Shown in pieces: positions 1-11,182 of a DNA stretch of 64,000 bases. Made by a program: the position numbers and the translations under genes. The stretch's first letter is position 1; each line of letters starts with the position of its first letter. A model generated the notes under the pieces. The model was given only the letters and a program-made list of their open reading frames with translations, had not been told where the DNA came from and did not search any database. The stretch is from contig JBHGNT010000001.1 of the NCBI GenBank assembly GCA_043228905.1, positions 10,478,001-10,542,000 on the forward strand, written 5' to 3'. The DNA comes from Azolla caroliniana. Its lineage: Eukaryota; Plantae; Polypodiophyta.

Positions 1-480
1 AAATGACATGTATTTCTAACAATGATAGAAACAAGCACAATATCACCGCCAAAGAGAAAAGTTTATACAAAAGGAGTGTATCAAGAGATAAGCAATATGC
101 TTAACTTTTCTTCATGTTCAAGGTAGGCCCCTTGTGAAGCAAAGGTTCAAGAAATATCCTCTTTGTGGGGTAACGGGTCATACCATTTTACAATAAAGTA
201 CCATGGGGGTGTACAATATTAGCAGTATTTTCGAAGAATTTGACACATTAAGACAATACAATAGGACTAAGGGGGCTTGGTATCTTCCTATACCTATACT
301 TGTATTTATGAGGGGAGTGGATGGGATATAGCCCAAAGGATAGGGACAATTATAGTGCCAAAGGTTTCGGTACAAAATGTGGACTATATACTATTTATTG
401 AAGGTTTCAAGTTGTATAATAAACTTTGAAGACTACAAAATCATCCTTCAAATTTTATTACATTTTGATTTTGTTTATTA

Positions 481-762
481 CAACCGTTAAACTGTTTGGT
501 GGTTTCGTTTAGGCTTGAGCTCGGTTTGGGCTGGCTCAAGTCGAACCGAACTAATTTGGGCCAAACCGGTTACCAAGCCGTTGTAAGGCTTAATTGGGTT
601 GGCTAAACCGGGTTGGCCAATCGGTTAGCCTAAACTAGTTTAGCTAGTTTAGAAATTGGTTCGGTTCAGGTTTGGAAACTCCCAAACTGATTTAGGCTTA
701 ATTAGTTTGGTTTGGACAAGGCCAAACCAGTTAAGCCGAAACCGAACCATTGCCGATTCCTA
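481..762. mobile_element. Truncated hAT-type MITE (one end only)
   Basis: Dense AACCG/CGGTT/GGTTT motifs ending ...GAACCATTGCCGATTCCTA, which resembles the right end of the intact MITE at 40692-41109 (...GAACCGTTGCTGATTGTTA). No matching left TIR or TSD found. Confidence 0.55.
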
Positions 763-959
763 TTCATAATAAACACACCGAATTTAACAAGACATTATGT
801 ACAAGGCACAATGTGATCCATTACCTTTTATCTGTAAATGTATTGCCAAAGTGATAAATATTAGTGTACATAAGACAAAGAGGTGAAGAGAGATTACAAA
901 TTGCAGACATATGTAAGTATTTGAACATAAGGAAGGTCATAAAAGAGGCTGATGTGATA

Positions 960-1718
960 GGGGTAGTCATGTGGAGTGACATGGGTGAGATGTTAGATGT
1001 GGAAAATGAAGCATCGTCTAATTTTGGATAAGGATGAGTGATGAGGGTGTTGAGGGCTATAACAGATTTGATGAGCAGGTGAGGAGAGTGGTGTCACTTT
1101 GTTTTTGTAGGTACACAATTTTGGTGGTAAATCAATGTGAGTGAGATTGTTGATGTCAATTTATGAAGCACAATTCATTTTTTATAAGGATGAGTGATTG
1201 TGGTGTGGGGGTTGAAGCATAGTCTCTTGAGAAGACTAGACTCAATAAATATTTGTATGTACAGGATTTTGGTGATAATCAGCGAGATGTTTGATGTGGA
1301 ATTGATGAAGAAGAATGTATGTTTTTGATAAGGATGAGTGATAAGGCTATGGGGGGCGAAGCATATTCTCATGAGGAGATGAGGAAACAAGACTCATTGT
1401 ATTGTTGTATGTACAAGATTTTTTGGTGGTATTCGGCGAGATGATTGATGTGGACTTAACGAAGCAAATTTCATGGTTTGGATAAGGATGAGTGATGATG
1501 GTGTGGAGGCCGAAACATATTCTCATGAGAAGAAGAGGAATTTAAACTCATTTTATTGTCTCTGTGCAGGAATTTGGTGGTAATCTGCAAGATGGTTGAT
1601 GTGGACTTCACGAAGCAATTTGTATGTTTTTGATAAGGATGAGTGATGATGGTGTGGGGGGGCGAAGCATAAGCTCATGAGGAGAGGAGAAAATTGACTT
1701 AATGTGTTGTTGTATGAC
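960..1718. repeat. Degenerate ~150-bp tandem repeat, about 5 units
   Basis: ATAAGGATGAGTGAT recurs at ~1028, 1184, 1328, 1482 and 1633. Each unit also carries a TTGGTGGTAA...GAGATG.TTGATGTGGA-like core. Confidence 0.8.
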
Positions 1719-2154
1719 AGGAAGTTGGTGGTAACTGACGAGATGGTTGATGTGGAAAGAGGAAGCATATTTGTTGAGTTGACAATATAATGTATTGGAT
1801 CACCTTCCAATTTGTGATGTATAGGAAGTTGGTGGTAACTGGTGAGATGGTTGATGTGGAAAGAGGAAGCATATTTGTTGAGTTGACGGTATAATGTATT
1901 GGATCGCCTTCCAATTTGTGATGTATAGGAAGTTGGTGGTAACCGATGAGATGGTTGATGTGGAAAGAGGAAGCATATTTTTTGAGTTGACCGTATAATG
2001 TATTGGATCGCCTTCCAATTTGTGATGTATAGGAAGTTGGTGGTAACCGACGAGATGGTTGATGTGGAAAGAGGAAGCATATTTTTTGAGTTGACCGTAT
2101 AATGTATTGGATCGCCTTCCAATTTGTGATGTATAGGAAGTTGGTGGTAACCGG
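1719..2154. repeat. Homogeneous 104-bp tandem repeat, ~4.2 units, cut by Gypsy C
   Basis: AGGAAGTTGGTGGTAAC at 1719, 1823, 1927, 2031 and 2135 (period 104); units are nearly identical. Confidence 0.92.
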
Positions 2155-2485
2155 TGTTGTGAGGAAAACCAACTACGAGGTGAAACAGGGACGTGGGCGT
2201 GTGTACAACCGTGTGCACGGATGCGCGTGCATTATAAATAAACTTGTACATAATCTAAGACTAGGATAGGTCGGCATGATGGCAGAACTTTAATATAGGC
2301 AAATTAAATACGTGATTAAATCAAAACGAATCTCTGTCCGAAGCGGCAAAGAATAAAGTATGATGTAAATACATTATGTGACGACCCTCCTTCTTTGACC
2401 TATAAAAGGAGGAAGAGCGACAGGGAGGGGGGAATGCACGTTTAGGGAGAACGAAGTGTTGTCGGACTAGGAACCGAGCATCCGA

Positions 2486-3727
2486 TGTCGTGAAGATTTT
2501 CAGCAATGGTGTGAAAATTGCGAGGAACATACAAAATCAAGTGTGGTTCTTCACACACGATATGAAACAATAATAGTAAAGATACTATTTTAGATTAGTT
2601 TAATATCTTGGTATGAAAAGATAGATGTCTTCAAGAGTTTCTGAATGTACTTTACTACATTTGAAACGAACAACTAAATGTCAAGTTATGTGAATGTGAA
2701 GTTTGAGAAGAAGAAGAGAAAAAAAAAACTATGAGATATCCCATATAGATAGGACAAATCAGGATCCCACAATATATAAGTAAAGCTAGAACTTATTACT
2801 TTTTGTCTATGTGTAGAGCACAGAATGTTCTTGGGCTAAATTGTGGCTTAACTACTCGTAATGGTTTTGGTGGACCGAACCCGATGGACGGCGACAGAGC
2901 TGGAACCAGATCGGCGAATGGCGCCGAACTGGAACCGAAACCGGACGGGGACGACGACCGAACCGGCACCGGCACCGGAACCAAAACCGGACCGGATCGG
3001 ATCACCGAACCGGATAGACCAAATCACCGGGTTGGATGCAGACCGGATAGATGGATCGATCGGATAGGTTGATCGCGACAATTTCGGTGTGAAACGAACA
3101 AAATCATCTAGACTGAAAAACCTACTAAAAATTTGTATACAAAGGGATACAAGCAAGGCTTGAACCTTGCACCTCCAAGGTAGGAGGTAGTAAACTTACC
3201 ACTAAGCCAAGTCATTTCTCTAAATTTTTTTTTTTTATCATTATACTTTCACATGTAAATTCTCATATAAGAGCTTGAATGAGTGACATGGTTATCATGC
3301 ATCACATGTAATGCATGAGCACCAAATGGCAAACATACATCACATGCATTCCATGCATTGTATGCATGTCTTGTACCCTCACATGTATCATATGCATGGG
3401 GGCATCTATAAAAGAGTGGATGAAAAAGATCAAAGGGAGCAATGTATTCACCAAGAATTTAATAAAAAGAAGAAGAAAATTCGTTATCCAATTGATGATA
3501 TATCTTGTCCCTCAAATCTAAAGTCAAAGGTTCAATCTTAAGCTATCTCTCCATTTCAATCTTTCTTAATCTGTTTCAAAATTGGAATCTTAATTTCAAT
3601 CTCTCTCTCTCAATCTATCTTAAATCCTTTCTCGCTTAAGTTAGTGCAAACTTTGAGTCCATTCGATCTAGAACCTTGGCGGTTCCGCCTCACGATCCGC
3701 GCGTAGTGACGGATTTTTTTCATGACA
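2486..3727 (+). mobile_element. Solo LTR of the Gypsy A family
   Basis: Starts TGTCGTGAAGATTTT and ends ...CATGACA; homologous to LTR 33919-34993; flanks CCGA/CCGC form an imperfect 4-bp TSD; no adjacent PBS or PPT. Confidence 0.88.
3145..3217 (-). promoter_or_regulatory. tRNA-derived Pol III type-2 promoter-like module inside the solo LTR
   Basis: Minus strand: A-box-like TGGCTTAGTGG and B-box-like GGTTCAAGCC in the stem GCAAGG/CCTTGC at tRNA-like spacing, followed shortly by a T5 run. Confidence 0.6.
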
Positions 3728-4031
3728 CCGCTCTCTGCCTTCTGCTTCGTTTTGTTAGCACGGACACCTCTGCTCGCGTAGGAAGCCCGTGTGCTCCCAT
3801 AAGAGGCTCCCTGTTGTATCTTGGTGTGTGAGTGTGTGCGTTGTTCGCTGAGCTCTTAGCTCAGCCCCGACTGAGCTAGTTGTAATTACTCTATTTCCCT
3901 AATTAATCATTGGTATGTGTCTTGTTGATAATCGTGTGTCGTTTCCCTTCTTTCCCTTCTTGTGCTCCTTGGTCCGAGGCCTTTGTGGCACCTTTGTTTC
4001 GCACGCACATGTGTAAATACGGGACATTATT

Positions 4032-4046
4032 TGGTGAACCTGACGT
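4032..4046 (+). promoter_or_regulatory. Primer-binding site complementary to tRNA-Trp (element C)
   Basis: TGGTGAACCTGACGT, one mismatch to the complement of the plant tRNA-Trp 3' end ...UCACGUCGGGUUCACCA (recalled sequence). Confidence 0.75.
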
Positions 4047-4073
4047 CAACAAGGCGGTAGAGGAGTCTGAAGA

Positions 4074-5305
4074 ATGAGGGGAAGCGAGCTTGCAAAAGCC
4101 ATGGCGGTAGCCGTTGACTGGGTAGTGAGCGCCCGTCCCTTGACAGGGCCATTGAATCGATTGTTGGCACGATCAACCGATTTGGTGGGAAGAATGTGAT
4201 GAGTTATCTGGAGGCCTACCAGGCGGAGATGATAATGCGGGACATCCCGGAGGACAGGTGACTGTCTGGATTCCTCGGGTGGTGACGCCGAGCATCCACG
4301 TTGAGGTGCTCGAGGTGCAGGCCGGTTGCCAAACTTGGGAGGAGTTCGAAGGACGGCTTCTCGAGAGGTACGGGTTCAATGACTCGATCTAGCTGTTGAA
4401 GCGGGAGTTTATGGAATGGGTCGAAAGCCTTGGAAAGGGGAGGAACACGTCGGTGCTACTCCAGGAGTTCAAGAAACGGTTTGCTCAGATCTCGGCGTTG
4501 GACATGATCGTGCTCAACACAAGCCGTGTCCTGCTGTTCATCAAGTTCGTGGACGTGCAGGATCGGGAGAAGGTGGGTTCCCTATTGGAGATGGACGATG
4601 GGCTATCGGCCGACTGGGCCATGGTAAAAAGGGTCTATAGCCGATTCGACACACGATGTGAGTGGAGTGAAGAGGGCCCGTCGGCAGCAGGACTCAAGAC
4701 CGGCAGCGGGGAGACAACTTGAAGAACCGATTCCGACTCAAATAGAAGAGACGCGAAGGTAGATTGAGTCCGGCACGGTCTCGACTGACGTGGTCAAGGG
4801 TCCGTCCGGAGGCATGGCCCTAGAAGAGCTCACTAAGATGGTACGGGACCTCCAAATCGGGCAGGCCCGGAGAGATAGTGGGGGACAACTGCGTGACCAG
4901 AGGCCTCATGTCGACCAGCGTTGCATGTGGTGCGATGCAGTCGGCCACGCCCGAAGAGATTGTGCAGATTTTACGGAGGCGCTTAGGAGCAACATGGTGT
5001 ACCTATGGAATGGATGGGTGCACATGAGGGAGACTCGGAAAGCCCTGGAGTTGAACACCGGCTGGGGCGGAATGAAGCGGTTGATGGAAGAAGCCACGTC
5101 TTGACACGTCGAAGCCATCCACTATTCATCCGGTTCGGAAGTGATGGCGGCCAGAAGATGAAGGACTCTAGATTCTGGCCATTGGTGCTAGAAGGCCTCT
5201 TGGAGTGCGACTAAGGAAGGAGGAAGCGGATTGCGCGGAGAAGCGGGTCCGGAAAGTTACGGGGTGAACCGATCCGTCGAGGAGATGACCGGTTTCGTGG
5301 AAGCG
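4074..5305 (+). pseudogene. Gypsy C gag (disrupted)
   Basis: Fragmented ORFs downstream of the PBS, with zinc knuckle CMWCDAVGHARRDC, stops and frameshifts. Confidence 0.8.
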
Positions 5306-5343
5306 TGTTGGGAGACAGGTCCCTCCGGATGGGAAGCGAAACT

Positions 5344-5566
5344 GGATGAGGAGTACCTGGCTACGGAGAGCCGGATGGTGCAGACCCGGTATGAACCGGA
5401 TGAGAAGTACCTGGCTACGGAGAGCCGGATGGTGCAGACCCGGTATGAACCGGATGAGGAGTACCCGGCTACGGAGAGCCGGATGGTGCAGACCCGATAT
5501 GAACCGGATGAGAAGTACCCGGCTACGGAGAGCCGGATGGTGCAAACCCGGTATGAACCGGATGAA
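5344..5566 (+). repeat. 54-bp tandem repeat in U3 of the D LTR (4 copies; 2 in the 3' LTR)
   Basis: GGATGAGGAGTACCTGGCTACGGAGAGCCGGATGGTGCAGACCCGGTATGAACC repeated; two copies at ~10129-10240. Confidence 0.92.
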
Positions 5567-6047
5567 GAGACATATTCGTAAATATGTTTCTGAGAGTCCA
5601 TCGAGACTATATTTGTAAATAGCCGAAAAGTCATATTAGTATAAATATGACTTAGGGCAAACTAGTAGTAGTTGTTGTCATTCTTGTTGGTGCAAGAAGA
5701 AGAGAGAGCACGTAACACTGTACAGAGAGAGAGAGAGAGAACGAGGTCGTTGCCTTTGTTGTAACCGCCGCCTGTGGCGAAGATCGTGAGTCCGAGGTCG
5801 TTGCCTCCATGAACTCACTGTTTTGTACATTCTTACATAGTGACAGTTTGCAGCCTGTGGGCTGTCGTGGTTTTTCCCCTAGTTTGGGGTTTTCCACGTA
5901 AACCTCCTGTGTATCTTCCTTTTCTTTTGTGTCGTGTTCTATTTCCCGTTTTTCTGTGTATCATTCTAAGCTCGGTTGTGGCCGAGACTTGCGCATAAGG
6001 AACGACTAGTTCCCGTCAAGTGGTATTAGAGCAAAGCGACACAGAAA

Positions 6048-9000
6048 ATGGACGAATCGTTTGGCGGCATGTTCAAGCTCACCGGCTCCAACTATTCAGT
6101 GTGGAAGTCGAAGATGAGAGACATGCTCGTGGTTAAAGATCTTTGGCTACCGGTTCAGTTCGGGGACAAGAGACCGGACAAGATCGACGCCACAATATGG
6201 GAGGTGATGCACATGAAGACAACGGCGTACATACGGTGCTTCATCGACATGAGCCTATACAACAACTTCAATGAAGAGAGCAAGGCTCATGAGCTATGGG
6301 AGAAGATCGGCATAATGTTTCAGAACAAAAATGCTGTCAATCAGGTGTCGGTATTTCGGAAGCTAGTAAGACTCCGGTACCAAGATGGCTCCAGCATGGC
6401 GGAGCACATGAATGCCTTCCAGGGGCTGATCCACCAGGCAACTTCATTGGAAGTACCTCTCGCCGATGAGGTACTAGCGCTACTCCTGCTCGGTTCCCTC
6501 CCGGATAGCTGGGAGACGTTGGTTGTCACATTGGGCAACGCCGGGCCGGAAGGAAAGCGGTTATCCCTAGCAAGAGTAAAGTCGAGCTTGCTAGATGAGG
6601 AGGCGCGTCGGAAAGATAAGGATACGAGCTCCGACTCCAAAGCGCTCCTTACCGAATCGGAACGCGGAAGACATAGAAACCATAGTCCCCAGAACCGGGA
6701 GAAGTCGGGGGACACGATCAAAGTCAAGGGGGAGGCCCACTTGCTTCTATTGCAACAAGCCGGGACACTTCCAGAAGAACTGTCGACACTTCCGTAAAGA
6801 CAAGGAAACCGACGGTGCCGATTCGAAGCGGACCCCGGACCGGAACGGTAAAGACCGGAGGGGGCCGGACCAGAAGGGAACGACGGCAATCGCGGCAAGT
6901 GAAGAAGAGTTGATGCTCATCACCGAGGAGAGTGAGATAAACCTTGCCGGCGATGAGATGACCTGGGTGGTAGACTCCGGAGCGTCGTTCCACCTTACCC
7001 CGGACCGGAAGTGCTTCTCATCCTACTCAGTTGGTGATCACGGCTGTGTCCGGATGGGGAATGAAGGAACATGCCGAATTGTCGGCATAGGAGACGTGTG
7101 GCTGTTGACACCAACCGGATGCAAGCTGCTGCTGAGGGATGTCCGACACGTTCCGGAGGTTCGTCTGAACCTGATATCAGCCGATCGGCTAGATGATGAA
7201 GGCTACATGGGTAGCATTCGGAACGGTGTCATGAAGTTCAGCAAAGGGAGCCTGATTGTGGCTCGGGCCCGGAAGGTCAACACTCTATACCTGATGAATG
7301 CCCGGTTATGTCCGGAGGAAGTAAACGTGGCATCCGACACTGCTGGTGAGCTGTGGCACAAGAGGCTGTGTCACATGAGCGAGAAGGGGATGAAGAGGCT
7401 TGCAGAAGACAACCTCATTCCAGTGAAGAACGTGCACTTGGAGAAGTGCACTGATTGTCTGGCCGGTAAGCAGAACCAGACCTCCTTCCGACCAAGGCCA
7501 CCGATGAGACGTAATGCACCATTGGAGTTGGTGCATACGGACGTGTGTCAAGTAGACACAAAGTCACATGCCGGAGCGCAGTACTTCGTGACATTCATAG
7601 ATGACCACAACCGGAAGCTATGGGCTACACCGTTGAAGATGAAGGATCAGGTGCTATCCGTCTTCAAAGAGCTCCACGCGAGAGTGGAAAGAGAAACCGG
7701 CTGGAAGCTGAAGGCGGTTCGAGCAGATAACGGAGGAGAATACCGGGGGCAGCTCGACGAGTATTGCCGCTCGAATTTACCGTGCCGAAGACGCCGGAAC
7801 TAAACGGACTGGCCAAGAGGATGAACCGGACCATAATGGAGAGGGTCCGGAGTATGCTAGCGCATGCAAAACTACCCAAGAAGTTTTGGGCTGAGGCATT
7901 GTCGACGACGACATACGTGATAAACAGATCACCCTCAGTACCCTTGGACGGAGACACACCACAGAGAGTATGGACCGGTAAGGAAGTTTCCTACCGGCAT
8001 CTGAAGGTGTTCGGGTGTCTCGCGTACGTGCATGTAGCAAAGGACCGGAGAGGAAAGTTAGATCCAAAGACCCGGCCATGCATATTCCTCGGTTACGGTG
8101 ACGATGAGTTCGGCTACCGAGTGTGGGACCCGGTCGACAAGAAGGTATTCCGGAGTCGAGATATTATCTTCATGGAGGACAAGACGCTCGCCGACTGGGA
8201 GTCGGAGAAAAAGATAATGAACTCCGAGTCGACCGGTAAGGATAGACTCTACGATGAGTAGACCCAACCGGCAAGAGACCGGTTAGCACTCGAGGAACCA
8301 GCCGGTTACGGTGAGGATACCGAACCGGCAGAAGAAGAAGTAGAGGAAGCTGAGACCGGAACCGGCCAAGACCCCGAATCGGATTCAGATGAAGAGCAGA
8401 TGGAGGAGCCGACTACCGAAGCCCAAAGACGGAGATATCCCCTCAAAGAGAGAAGGCCCCCCCGGAGATTTCCGGATGCAGAGCATGTTCTGCTAACCAA
8501 TGAGGGGGAGCCGGAAAGCTTTAAAGAAGCGGAGGATGACACCCACAACCGAAAATGGTTAAGTGCCATGCAGGACGAGATGGATTCCCTGCATGAGAAC
8601 CATACGTACGAATTGGTGGAGTTGCCGAAAGGAAAGCGGGCACTCCGAAACAAGTGGGTGTACAAGTTGAAACCGGCAGATGCTGGCAACCCCCCGAGAT
8701 ACAAAGCTAGGATCGTGGTGAAGGGGTTCCAACAGAAGAAGGGCGGGGACTTCGACGAGATATTTGCCCCGGTAGTAAAGATGACCTCCATCCGGACGGT
8801 GCTGAGTATAGCAACAAGCACGGACCTCGAGGTAGAGCAGCTAGATGTGAAGACGACATTCCTACACGACGACCTCGAAGAGGAGATCTACATGCAGCAA
8901 CCGGAAGGATTCATGGAGAAAGGGAAGGAGCAACTGGTATGCCGGTTGAAGAAGAGCCTGTACGGACTGAAGCAGGCTCCCCGACAATGGTACCGGAAGT

Positions 9001-10079
9001 TCGACTCCTTCATGACCGATCAAGGGTACCACAAGACGCAGGCCGATCACTACATGTTTGTGAAGAGGTTTGAAGGAGGCGACTTCCTAATACTCCTTCT
9101 ATACGTGGATGACATGTTGATCGTTGGACGGGACCAAGTCAAAATACAGATGCTGAAGAAGACTCTCAACCGGACCTTCTCAATGAAAGACTTGGGTCCA
9201 GCAAGACAAATGCTGGGGATGCACATCATTCGGGACCGGTTAAAGAAGCAATTATGGCTGTCACAGGAGAAGTACGTGACAAAGGTGCTTCACCGGTTCA
9301 ACATGTCAGATGCGAAACCGGTCGGATCGACACTTCCGGCAAACTGCAAGCTATCTAGCAAGCAAAGCCCGAAGATGAAAGCAGAGAAGGCGGATATGAT
9401 GAAGATCCCATATGCCTCTGCCGTCGGGAGCTTGATGTACGCAATGGTGTGTACCCGACCGGATATAGGATACACAGTCGGAGTGGTGAGCCGGTTTATG
9501 AACAATCCCGGCAAGGAGCACTGGAACGCGGTCAAATGGATACTCTGGTATTTGAAGGGCACTTCAAATATGTGTCTCCGATTCGGCTCCGGAAGACCTC
9601 AACTTGACGGTTTCACCGACTCGGACATGTCGGCTGACGTGGATACCAGTCGGTCTACATCTGGGTATGTAATGACTTATGTAGGGGGAGCTGTTTCGTG
9701 GTAGTCGAGGCTGCAGAAGACGGTTGCATTGTCAACCACAGAGGTGGAGTACATGGCGGCTGTGGAAGCCGGCAAGGAAATATTATGGATGAAGGACTTC
9801 ATCGGAGAGCTCGGTATCTGGTAAGAGGAATACCAACTCTATTGCGACAGTCAAAGTGCCATCCACCTTGCTAAGAATGCGGCCTACCATTCTCGGACGA
9901 AGCATATCCAGCGAAGATATCACTGGATCCGGGAAAGAGTAGATGACCAGGAGTTCGCGCTGACGAAGATCCACACGGCCGAGAACGGGTCAGATATGCT
10001 GACCAAAGTTCTGATACCCGACAAGCTGGATGCATGATGGAAGCGGATTGGACTGATAAGACACCCCATGCCGGAGTGA
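6048..10079 (+). pseudogene. Copia D gag-pol polyprotein (frameshifts and stops)
   Basis: ORF pieces show the knuckle CFYCNKPGHFQKNC, protease WVVDSGAS, GAG-pre-integrase LWHKRLCH, integrase HTDV/DNGGEY and GKLDPK, RT YVDD and an RNase H remnant. Confidence 0.93.
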
Positions 10080-11182
10080 AGGGGGAGTTTGTTGGGAGAC
10101 AGGTCCCTCCGGATGGGAAGCAAAACCGGATGAGGAGTACCCGGCTACGGAGAGCCGGATGGTGCAGACCCGGTATGAATCGGATGAGAAGTACTCGGCT
10201 ACGGAGAGTCGGATGGTGCAGACCCGGTATGAACTGGATGAAGAGACATATTCGTAAATATGTTTCTGAGAGTCCATCGAGACTATATTTGTAAATAGCC
10301 GAAAAGTCATATTAGTATAAATATGACTTAGGGCAAACTAGTAGTAGTTGTTGTCATTCTTGTTGGTGCAAGAAGAAGAGAGAGCACGTAACACTGTACA
10401 GAGAGAGAGAGAGAACGAGGTCGTTGCCTCTGTTGTAACCGCCGCTTGTGGTGAAGATCGTGAGTCCAAGGTCGTTGCCTCCGTGAACTCACTGTTTTGT
10501 ACATTCTTACATAGTGACAGTTTGCAGCCTGTGGGCTACCGTGGTTTTTCTCCTAGTTTGGGGTTTTTGATGGAAATAAATCGACACTTTCCAAGCTTCA
10601 CCTCTCGGCCACAACCAAGGAAACACACGAATCGTTGTTGCAGAAAATGGGAAGTGCGAAAAATAGAGTGGACACACGATTTAACGTGGAAAACCCTGTA
10701 CGGGAAAAACCACGGGAGTACAAGACTCCGAACCAAAACTATGCACAGAGAAGTATACAATGGCGAGCTGCAAGGCGACGACCTTGAGCTCGCTGTCCTC
10801 GCCACAGGCGGCGGAAATACACAGAGGCGTCGACCTCTTCCTCTCTCACGCTCTATCTCTCTCGCGGCTGCTCTCTCTCTTCACTCCTCTTGAGTGGAAA
10901 AACAGAAAAATGAGAAGCAACGTCAAAACTGTTTGCCCTAAGTCATATTTATATACATATGACTTTGGGGCTATTTACAACTATAGCCTCAAGGGCCCTT
11001 GGCAAACATATTCACAGATATGTCCCCGCATCCGGATCTCGCTCCGGGTACATTCGTCATCCGGCTCCGAAGCCGGGGTCTTCATCATCCGGTTCCGAAA
11101 CCGAAACCGGGCTTGTCGGCATTCATCTCCGATATCCGACCATCCCATCCGAAAGGGACGGTAATCCCAACAAACTCCCCCT

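Larger units (their letters stand above)
2155..4026 (+). repeat. 5' LTR of Gypsy C, split by the solo LTR at 2486-3727
   Basis: Segments 2155-2485 and 3732-4026 align colinearly with 30293-30914. Confidence 0.9.

Noticed and set aside
1-375. Possible LTR fragment starting TGTACC on the minus strand
   Set aside because: No partner LTR, PBS, PPT or TSD is visible in the window.
960-2154. Repeat-plus-variable-segment pattern suggesting a CRISPR-like array, and His-rich ORFs at 1553-2251
   Set aside because: The context is eukaryotic with no cas genes, and the intervening segments are homologous to each other. The ORFs are frame-shifting translations of a 104-bp repeat.
5168-5634. Repeat-peptide ORFs and a possible hammerhead ribozyme in the D LTR
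   Set aside because: The ORFs arise from a 54-bp repeat that is a multiple of three, and I saw no CUGAnGA...GAAA core with the required stems.
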